Source of the DNA: Eledone cirrhosa
Lineage: Eukaryota
Direction: 5' to 3'
Assembly: GCA_964016885.1 (NCBI GenBank)
Contig: OZ024740.1
Coordinates: 326,616,001-326,680,000 of the forward strand
DNA length: 64,000 nt
Below the pieces are notes generated by a model. The model saw only the letters and a list, made by a program, of their open reading frames with translations, was not told the DNA's origin and made no database searches. This document shows positions 53,881 to 64,000 of this stretch, one piece after another; position 1 is the stretch's first letter; each line of letters opens with the position of its first letter. The position numbers and the translations under genes were made by a program.

Positions 53881-54354
53881 TAGAATGAGAAATAAAAGAT
53901 GAAATAGAAAGATAAAGAATAAGAAAAGGAAGGAACGGTAAAAAAATTGAGAAAAAAACAACAACAAAAAAAAAACAAAAAATAAACGTGCGTATTCAAT
54001 CAGCCATATATATGTGATCATGACTCGTACATTACGGCATTAGGTAGCTGTATATCAAGATATCACCTTATCCTCTGACCTGAGACGTGGTCCAAATGCT
54101 TGCAATACACTAGACTCCACTAAAAGCACACAAAGAACACATGATATTTTAAAACCAGTTGACAGATCATGTCTACCACACAGAAACAGGTACAGCCCAT
54201 TCAGCAGACTTCCGTACAAATTTCTCTTTATCCAATTTCACTCACAACAAAGGAAATTTCTTTCACTTCTATCGCTAACCATCAAAGTTAACTACATTGA
54301 TTTCTAGCTGGATAGATTTATTTAGAATTCATGCTATCACCATGGTCAGATATA

Positions 54355-54442
54355 CAAGGTGTCCCCCCAAAAATGTATACACACTTCAACAGCGTTCTAA
54401 CAGGTAATCAAACTGTGTATACATTTCTTTTGGGACACCCTG
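54355..54442. mobile_element. 88-bp Tc1-type MITE
   Basis: TA-caaggtgtccc..aaatgtatacaca / tgtgtatacattt..gggacaccctg-TA. Confidence 0.8.
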
Positions 54443-54704
54443 TATATTTTAAAGAAATTATTGTTTGTGACACTATACCAGGGAATATAACTACAAGCAA
54501 TTGAAATAAGCTGGAACCTGCATGACAGCTATACTCAAACGCCTGAACAGCTTTGTAATTATGAGTTTCCGATTACCGGATTTAATCAGTGTTCGACTGT
54601 AATCGTAAAAGTTACATAAAACTCTCCGCGATGACATATACGAATGTATAAGATGAGTGTCTGGTGTGTGTCAGTGTCTGTCAGTGTGTCAGTGTGTTTA
54701 CGTA

Positions 54705-54783
<79 letters not shown>

Positions 54784-56179
54784 ATGCATGTATGTATGTG
54801 TTGTGTGTTTGTGTGTATGTATGCATGTATGTATGCATGAATGTGTGTGTGTATGTATGAATGTGTGAGTGTGTTTGTTTGTGTGTGTGTGTATTTGTGT
54901 TTGTTTGTATGTATGTCTATGTATGTATGTATGCATATATGTATATATGTAAGTATGTATATATGTATGGTCAGTTCGCTCTCGAGTGCTACTGGTAACA
55001 TGTAACCCAGTTTAACCTGTCTCATAGTCGGGTCGTTGGCGACTAAACCGGCAACCCACCAAGCTGGCTTGGTGAGGAGGGTGATATTTGTTCACCCTGC
55101 AGGATGAAATACAAGACTCGGCAAAGGGCAGAGGAACTCAGCAGAGTCAACGGCCATCCAAATAATAATTATTTTTTACCTGGGAGTGAAAGGCCCACAG
55201 TTGTCACAACACCTTTCTAGGAGAGCGAAAAAAAAACAAAAAAACCCGCGGCTTAGGAAGCATCCGATGATGTTGACCAGTTCTCCTTTTCGGGTATTGT
55301 TTTCGATGCTCAGCGTGTGGGATTGGTCGAGTGCAAGGCCTTTCCTCACTTAAAAACCTTCAAAGCACAGGCATTGCTTTTTCAGGATCTGTTACAGGTT
55401 CGTGTGGCTGGCCGTGATAAAACTATGTGAAGCGCCCGAATATAATTTTTAATGAATTTTCAAAGCTATATTTATTTTTATACAATTTACACCTACTCAA
55501 CCAGAAAATGTCAAGCATTCTGTTACTACCTATATATTTTTGCTGTTACTGTACATCTGACTATAAAATGTACATCATAATACAAGATTTAAACGTTGTA
55601 TATTGAAAGTGTAATGAATAAGAGCGAGAGGGAAATCAGAAAGCTTCAAACGCAGTCTATTAAATAACAAGGAAAACTACAGATTAAAATCTCTTTTTAA
55701 TTTCATTACGTAAGATTAACATGGCAATACTGTGTAGAGTGAATAATACACAAAAAAATTCAACAATAGTTACAATGAAAATAAAGTCATGTCGCGTGTG
55801 CAGTTTTTTGTGTAAGTATTAACGAATGCTAAGCTAAACGATAAATACTTTTTGAAAATATAATTCTCTTGTGAAAATAATATAATAATTCAATTATAGA
55901 ATATGAATAGAATTCATGGTGCAAGAAATTGTTGGCGGGAAGGATTGCAAAATTACAAATTTGAACGGTATAGATTAGGGATGAGATTTCTTGCCGTTTT
56001 AATATTCTCATCTTGTTTTATAGCCAGCAGCCACATAACCGAAAATCTACAAAATTCTAAATAAATTCGGAAGTTGCACCAAAAACTTTGATGTGCAGTT
56101 TGACAAGTTAATGTATCCAACGAAGGGGCGTAACCCAAGGGCAATATACATCATCTACAGAGAGAGTTTCTTCAAATTC

Positions 56180-57782
56180 ATTTCCTTAGTGCATCCGAAA
56201 GTACCATCCATATATAAATACGACAGGATGAAACTAAATCTTGAAGACAGCTTTTGCCGAACTGCCTACCAACTCAAATGGCTCTCAGTAATAAACAACT
56301 CCACTGACAACAACGCTACTACTGCGATGAACAACACTAAATTTTCTATATACCACTTAGACCACCCACTCTCTCCACCGCCTATCAATCGAGAGCTTGA
56401 CCTCAAACTCTCCAGGCTTAAGCAGTCTATTTTTAGCATATTATTGAAACATAAGAAGGGACTCCCTACCCTCGCCAGGAAAGAACACCTCATTCTAAAC
56501 AACATGCGAGAGAAGGACCTCGTATACCTCCCTTCCGACAAAGGGAAATAATTCTGTGTCATCTTGAGAGACACGTACAACAGTTTGACATATGAGCACC
56601 TTAATAACGGTGAACTATATACAGAAGTGACAGACAGCTGCATCCCAGATTGAAGATCACATCAACACAACTTGGATGGATATCTGCAGACGTAGACAAC
56701 TCCCCAACAAATATAAAAACAACCTCACCACCAGAAACAGCAGGCTGCCAACGTTCTACCACTTCATTAAAACCCAAAAAACCAGTGTTAATCTACAGAT
56801 TAGACCAATTGTCTTGATTATAGAAAGACCCCTCTATACAATCTCCTGGTTTCTCTCCCAGACCCTCAAGCCTACGCTTGCTACTTTTCCTGGATATGTC
56901 AGCAGCTCCGACGAAGTCAGACATGCCTTTAGCCTCGACGTTGTCTCCCTCTACACGACAGTACCCACTCATCCAGTGGTCAACCTAGTAACTTACTGCA
57001 TCATTTCATATAACATATACTCCTTCGACCTCACCCCACAAGGCATACATCAGCTTCTATCCGTCTACCACCACACATAAAAACAAACAACAGGCCTACC
57101 CATAGGGTCCAGTCTTTTAGGCCTTCTAGCCATCACCTATATGAACCAACTAGAACGTCGAGCGCTCAACACCTGCCACTTTTGTGTTTTCTTCACCCGA
57201 TACATAGATGATATACTCATCCGCACATCATTGCGCGAAGAGGCCGACAAATATCTACTGCATTTTCAAACACAGATAACAACATACGATTTACCACAGA
57301 ACACCCCGATAAAAATCGTTTCTTGTTTCTGCTGGAAGTAACAGAAGAAGGTACTATATACACCAACTTCTATAGGAAAGCTGCCAGCAGAGACCTGTTT
57401 GTGCATTATAGATAAGCCCAAACCGTTGGTGCTAAAACCCGATACGTTTACCCGTATCCGGAATAAATGTAGCAAGACAGAGGACCAGATCACTCACACT
57501 GCACACTTCATAGATGTACTGAAGACGAACAGATACACAACATCCACAATGAATCGACTTAAGAATCGAAGGGGCCACAGGCATAACACCTCCTCCCTGA
57601 AGAAGGGACTTTTAGGACCAGAAATATTGGACAGATAAAAGGAACTAAAAAAAAAAAAAAAAATTACCTGGTAACTTACTTTTACTTTTCATTACCTCAT
57701 TTTACAGTACATTTTGCATTGTTTAGCCTTCTATCTCTGTCAACGTTATATATTATATACAATGCTTCAAGCAAACTACAAC

Positions 57783-57785
<3 letters not shown>
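56180..57785 (+). mobile_element. Degenerate, internally deleted PLE (Penelope/Poseidon-like RT) plus pLTR
   Basis: LPSDKG, FYHFIKTQK..IRPIV, SLDVVSLYTTVP, GLPIGS, RYIDDIL; the 3' end is homologous to 28488-28630. Confidence 0.85.
57594..57631 (+). ncRNA. Minimal hammerhead, stem II partly mutated
   Basis: TCC-CTGAAGA-a-GGGAC-ttttag-GACCA-GAAA-TA-TT-GGA. Confidence 0.65.
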
Positions 57786-57832
<47 letters not shown>

Positions 57833-58024
57833 GAGAGAGAGAGAGAGATATGTATATACACACACATATTTATATATATATTTCTCTCTCTCTGTATAAA
57901 TGTATATATATATATGTATATGTATATGTATATGTATATATGTATATATATATATACATATATACATATATATATATATGTATCAATACATATACATAAA
58001 CACTTACACACGTATATTATATAT

Positions 58025-58128
<104 letters not shown>

Positions 58129-58478
58129 TTATATACTTACATAAGTATTCACACAACACACAACAAATAATATTCACACAACACACACACATATGGATTT
58201 TCGTTATCTGACCACGACCCAATTTAATCAAATCTTCAACTGTAGTTTTTGGCTCTTCTCTAAAGAAAACAGCTTGAACAATCAGAGAAGGTATTCAGAG
58301 TGGGGAAAAATGATAATATATGTAAGGCACTGTTTGATCAAGTAGGTTTAAATGGTACACAGTATACACTGAAGAATTAAAACAAACTTCTAGGAGTGCA
58401 AAATCTGACATGCCAAGTAAGGCGGGTTTTGTTCAATTTGTAAATCTATGTATTTATATATATATATATATATATATA

Positions 58479-58618
58479 TGAAAATGTTTGACCCCGACGG
58501 CAGAGCTAAAGCCGTTTCGACGGCTATTTCTGGACCTATTACCCACTCTACTACCCTAAGTATTGAGTACTCTGGTGCTTTATGGTCCATCTGGTTCCTT
58601 ACCACACCTCCTTCGTTA
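58479..58618 (+). mobile_element. Family P copy lacking the right arm
   Basis: Left arm joined directly to the tail; another lone arm lies at 62502-62552. Confidence 0.8.
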
Positions 58619-58625
58619 TATATAT

Positions 58626-58712
<87 letters not shown>

Positions 58713-58738
58713 TGTAATAAACAACATAAAATAATTAT

Positions 58739-58794
58739 TTCATTTACCAGTGGTTTCTTGAAAGCAAACATTTGCTTTCAATCATCAGAATGAA
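58739..58794 (-). ncRNA. Type I hammerhead, homologue of 17438
   Basis: TTCATT-CTGATGA-TTGAAAGCAAA-tg-TTTGCTTTCAA-GAAA-CC-act-GG-TA-AATGAA. Confidence 0.88.
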
Positions 58795-59644
58795 AAAATC
58801 CTGGTGTATTTATTGACAGTGGATTTTAAAACCAAAAATATAATCTATATGAAAGTGAGGCTGGAAAAGGAAGAAGTAAAGCAAAAAGAATAAGTATAAA
58901 AGTAGATAAACACACATAATCATACATATATACACACGTACATACACACACATACATACACACATATGTACACACGCATACATACGCACACACAAATATA
59001 GATATATGTACACACACCTACATACGCACACACAATTAATTATAAGAAAAAATAATAATAAAAAATAAAAATAAAAAACGATGGACGACCATATAATGCA
59101 ATAGGCCGTCACATAAAAATAAAAATAAAAATTATACGACTTAAGAAAATAAAAATAAAAATTATTATAAAGTTGACAGCGATACAGGAAAGGACACAAA
59201 TAAATGAACAAACACACGTGGTAAGCAATACACACATTTACACATACACATACATACACATACACACACATATATATACACATACATATATACATACATA
59301 TATATATACACATATATACATACATACACATACATATATATACACACACATACTACGGTTCCTATATATTTGATATATATTTATCCTTATCGAGCCCTCT
59401 TTGGATTTTAGTCTTCAAATTTATTATTATTACTATATATATATATATATTTCGTTTCTGAATTTGTTTAGCAAGATTCTTTATCTGAAAACGTGTGTTG
59501 AAACCGATATTGTTATACTTTGGGAGGGTCATGTTGCCAATAGGAAACACACGCACCAGTTGTTTTCACTTCAATTTATTATAATAAATTTATAAATTTC
59601 CGGTTGGTTGGTTGGTTCCACAACCAAATGATTGTTTATATATT

Positions 59645-59687
59645 GTCAAAGTGCTTTCGTCACACATTCTGTGACCTCTTCAGTGAC
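59645..59687 (-). ncRNA. Minimal hammerhead in inverted pLTR
   Basis: GTCA-CTGAAGA-g-GTCACA-gaatg-TGTGAC-GAAA-G-ca-C-TT-TGAC. Confidence 0.85.
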
Positions 59688-59878
59688 TGGGTTACAATCA
59701 GAGAAATAAAATCAGAGTATATAGAGGAGCCAGAAGCAAATGGGAAAAAATAGTAAATAATGACACAAATGGGACCTGCCCCTTGTATAGGAGCAAATTT
59801 TGAAATAGAATAGAAAGAACTAGGAATAAGGTTAATAGAATAAACTCATGGTATGACAGCAATAAATACCAGAGTGTA

Positions 59879-60412
59879 ATGTTCATCGATACAACCCCTA
59901 GAGGTGAATTAGCTTACAAATTTAGAAGGGCCCTAGATAAACATAAACTCAATATTAAGATAGTAGAAAGACCAGGTACCTACATAAAAACACTTATTAG
60001 CAATACATACCCTTTTCAAAGACCTCCCTGTATAGATAATAAATGTATAATCTGTAAATTAAGCCCCCATATTAACTGTAAAACTAGAAATGTAGTATAT
60101 AGCATAAGGTGTACTGAAGGACAATGTAGAGATAAGAATATAGTGTACATAGGTGAGACAGCTCGTAGTATAGGGGAACGGATAAATGAACACTGGCAAG
60201 ACCTTCAAGATAGTAAAGAATCATCTGTACTCTACCAACATGCTAAAATAGAACATAAGGGTAAATTAGATAACATAGAAATAAAAATAGAATCTACACA
60301 CAGAAAAGACGCAATGTTTAGACAAATCACAGAGGCAATAAACATAAATGAACTCCAACCAAAATTAAATAGAAAACACAAATGGAACAGCAACATCACA
60401 ACTTACAATTAG
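59879..60412 (+). CDS. PLE C-terminal Cys-rich linker plus GIY-YIG endonuclease (truncated ORF)
   Basis: CIDNKCIIC..CKTRNVVYSIRC..VYIGETARSIGERINEH..EAINI..PKLN. Confidence 0.85.
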   Translation: MFIDTTPRGELAYKFRRALDKHKLNIKIVERPGTYIKTLISNTYPFQRPPCIDNKCIICKLSPHINCKTRNVVYSIRCTEGQCRDKNIVYIGETARSIGERINEHWQDLQDSKESSVLYQHAKIEHKGKLDNIEIKIESTHRKDAMFRQITEAININELQPKLNRKHKWNSNITTYN

Positions 60413-60610
60413 GGACAAAATGAAACACACACGCACATAGAACAAACAACCAACCAGTAACATGTAAATAAACAAATAAATAAACAAATATAAACACACA
60501 CAGACACCCAGATGTAACACATGCGCAAACTAAGCACACAACACACACAAAAACAAGATGGCGTAGGACAGAACAAAGGAGAGGCACAAAAACAAAGAAA
60601 AGAATCCCCA

Positions 60611-60653
60611 GTCACTGAAGAGGTCACAGAATGCGCGACGAAAGAACTTTGAC
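60611..60653 (+). ncRNA. Minimal hammerhead in 3' pLTR (two stem II mismatches)
   Basis: GTCA-CTGAAGA-g-GTCACA-gaatg-CGCGAC-GAAA-GAAC-TT-TGAC. Confidence 0.75.
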
Positions 60654-60781
60654 AATATATAAACAATCATCTGGTTGTGGAACCAACCAACCAACCGGAA
60701 TTTTAAATTTATTATAATAAATTGAAGTGAAAGCAACTGGTGCGTGTGTTTCTTATTGACAACATGACTCTCCCAAAGTAT

Positions 60782-60822
<41 letters not shown>

Positions 60823-60945
60823 GGTAAACATTGATGCAATTCAATTCAATCACTCAACGTACTTTTTCCACATAGGAGTGACGGAGTAAATATCGAATAA
60901 GGAAAAGCGAAGTAGTTTCAGATGTTCAAGTCCTTTAATAATAAT

Positions 60946-61019
60946 GCTGTGATATATATTTCAATGACGACACTGGCCACACTGTTCTGTGTGCGAGTGT
61001 CGTGTCATCATCAGACAGC
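60946..61019 (-). ncRNA. Type I hammerhead with long stem II
   Basis: GCTGT-CTGATGA-tgac-ACGACACT-cg-CACAC-agaaca-GTGTG-gcc-AGTGTCGT-catt-GAAA-T-ATAT-A-TC-ACAGC. Confidence 0.82.
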
Positions 61020-61521
61020 TTGTTACATAATAAGGTTATGTTTCCGAGGCAATCCAAATTGAATCGACATGGGAACGGATGAATTGCGTGCTTTTGGGTT
61101 TTTCATCCGTTCCCTTGTGAGTACCAATTCACCCCCACCGGTCTGCGCAAGCGCATGTCCGAAGGAAGTTGACCATTAGCCACCGCAGATTTCAACGAAA
61201 TTCGCTTAGTTCACCCTCTCAGTCAAACAATGGCCTACCCATCCCGTACTATATTTTACTGCTACCCATCACGACTGTGGCAGTCAGCCGAAGGCCAGAG
61301 GGTATGGGAGAGTGTTAGTTTTTACAGGTCATAATACTACTCCTCACTAAGCGTTGACAGTATGACTGACCATCACCTCATAAGGGAAAATAAACTTAAT
61401 TCTAGGTATCATGGTTTTACTTTGGAAGTTAAGAGTGAGAGTTGGAAATAAAAATTAAAAATTAAAATCCTAAGTCAAATATCAGAAATTATAAATTAAA
61501 CAATTAAAAAATTAACAATTA

Positions 61522-61733
61522 GAAATAAAAAAATAAAAAAATAAAAAAATAAAAAAATAAAAAAATAAAAAAATAAAAAAATAAAAAAATAAAAAAATAA
61601 AAAAATAAAAAAATAAAAAAATAAAAAAATAAAAAAATAAAAAAATAAAAAAATAAAAAAATAAAAAAATAAAAAAATAAAAAAATAAAAAAATAAAAAA
61701 ATAAAAAAATAAAAAAATAAAAAAATAAAAAAA
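61522..61733. repeat. (AAAAAAAT)n 8-bp tandem array
   Basis: Directly visible. Confidence 0.95.
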
Positions 61734-62338
61734 TTTTTCAGGTGATAATTCGGATTGAGGTGAGTAAAAATATAGATTGAAGTGAGTAAATAATATGGAG
61801 AGAGATGTTTAAGTAATAAGTTCTGAGAGGGTTCTAGTGTCACAGTTACTCTATCCACATATTGAACGACAGTGCTGTACACTATAACGGAGGGCAAACT
61901 ACAGGGTTCAAGGCATTAGTCAATCCTAGTACACAGTCATAATTTCCATCACATGGAACAAAATCAAAGAAAAACAGACATAAAGTACACAAAAGAAAAG
62001 AACAGAATCAATAGTGAATAAATGCAAAAACACAGAGTACATATATGCATATATATATATATACATATGTATATGTGTAAAATCCATTCTTTGATGTATT
62101 CATTGAACCTTGTTTAACCCTTAAATATATATATATTTAAGAAAATACATAAATATTATATACATATAAAAATAAAAAGGTGGAAGGGGTAAACAAATAG
62201 TTGGGATTACGACAAATAATAAATAAATAAATAAATAGATTAAGGTATAAATGTTTATAGCTGATATAGAGCACTCAACAAGTTCCTGGAGCAAATAATC
62301 AATGAAAATAAACATTAAATTATTCTGTATGTAATTAT

Positions 62339-62445
<107 letters not shown>

Positions 62446-62549
62446 AATACACACATATATACATACATATATATATATATATATACATATATATATACAT
62501 ATAGGAAAAAGTATGACCCCGACGGCAGAGCTCAAGCCGTTTCGACGGC

Positions 62550-62601
<52 letters not shown>

Positions 62602-62774
62602 ATATACATATATATATAAAAATACACATATACACACACACACACACACTAATATACACACACACATATCTAAACACACACACATATATATATATATATA
62701 TACACACACATACATATACATACAGATATATACAACTATATACACACATACATATACATACAGATATATACAAT

Positions 62775-62866
<92 letters not shown>

Positions 62867-63094
62867 TACACAACACATACATACACACAGAAATAAATAT
62901 CTATAAAATAAAAAAGGTGGGTATGTAAAGGGCAAAGTAGAAAGTAGGGGGGGGGGATAAGGAAAATAAATAACAGGAACAAGTTTAAATATAAGGGGAG
63001 ATAAGGGAGAAAAAGAATATAAGAGTACAGAAAGTGAGTTCAGAAAGTAATAAAAATCGTAGTGGGTGTAAGGCGTAGAGAGCAGAGAAGAAGT

Positions 63095-63760
63095 TCAAGG
63101 TGGTTGAGTCATCGTAGGAATGTCAATCCAGTTACAGATCAGATGTGATTTCAGGTGAGGACAACATCTGAAGATCTCGGTCTTGGAGTTCAGGCAAGTT
63201 GAAGTGGCTTTCAAGTTTTGTAGAATCCTAAATTTTTCAGTGGTACACAAAGAACAATTCTTTGTGCCCCTTTGGTATTCCCTCGAATGGTCTAAAATAG
63301 ACCAATCGATAGAGTAAGGGATGTTTTTATCTTTGAATTCCCACACCTTATTTGCGAGAGCCGTTGCTGTTCGTTTATCAGAGTGGTTAAAAGAAGCGAC
63401 ATGTGCATAAAACCTGGTTTTGAACCTGTCCTGAGTCATGCCAACATATCGTTCACTCCTGGCTGGTTGGTTATTAATAAAAGGTGTCACTTTGGCCTCA
63501 TATACAACGGATTTGGTATTACATTTGCCCTGTAATGGGCATTCATCCGGCTTCCTGCAACTGCATGTGGATTTATTCTCGTACGATTAGAATTGGTGAT
63601 TTTAGACTTCATTGATGGGCAGAAGAGTAACTGATTTTAACTACATTTCTATTAAATATCTTATAATATCTATGATTAGGAGGAAAATGTTTGTCTGGTT
63701 TTGACAGTTAAAGGGGGTGTAAACCAAATAATTTTCCTTTTCCTATTATTGTGATTAGTT
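63095..63760 (-). pseudogene. Hydra-clade-like PLE 3' fragment (GIY-YIG)
   Basis: RKRKIIWFTPP; CSCRKPDECPLQGKC..VVYEAKV..YVGMT..FKTRFYAH..CSLCTTEK..LNSKTE. Confidence 0.88.
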
Positions 63761-64000
63761 TTAGGTGTTGCTTGTACGGCCAAAGCTATAGAAAAGGTTA
63801 ATAAGTTGAGAATGGAAAATACTAAATAAGAAATTGTAGAAGAGGGTAGTGAAAACATATAAAGCAAACTTTACTGGGGTCTAACACAGCTGTTAAAAAT
63901 AGTAAGTAAAGCATATTCCGAAGAATAAAGCGTATTATAAAGAAAAGAGATGTACTTCTTTTCTTTTCTGTAGATGTACTTCTTTTCTTTTCCTCTATGT

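Larger units (their letters stand above)
59452..60790 (+). mobile_element. 5'-truncated PLE with inverted 5' pLTR (59452-59691) and direct 3' pLTR
   Basis: 59507-59691 is the reverse complement of 60607-60790; both ends lie in (TA)n. Confidence 0.92.

Overview
AT-rich eukaryotic DNA with no recognisable host gene, saturated with microsatellites ((TA)n, (CA)n, (GA)n, (CATA)n, (CTA)n). The SINEs resemble Octopus families as I recall them, so a cephalopod source is an inference. Most ORFs in the supplied track are microsatellite artefacts. Real content: at least 8 Penelope-like element (PLE) copies or fragments (four with a Hydra-clade-like CxCx5C linker), a Tx1/L1-like LINE, an R4/Dong-like LINE end, CRE, RTE and CR1 fragments, a DD37D (maT) transposon, two MITEs and about 16 SINEs. 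The main hidden signal, found by eye, is about 17 type I hammerhead ribozyme (HHR) motifs from about 10 sequence families. They lie in PLE pseudo-LTRs (pLTRs) and in small non-coding elements beside (TA)n. They include long-stem-II forms, a U3:A8 core variant and minimal forms with a palindromic stem III. Retrozyme-like permuted/inverted units and a recurrent fold-back element family are also present. Element boundaries are approximate and no ribozyme activity has been tested.
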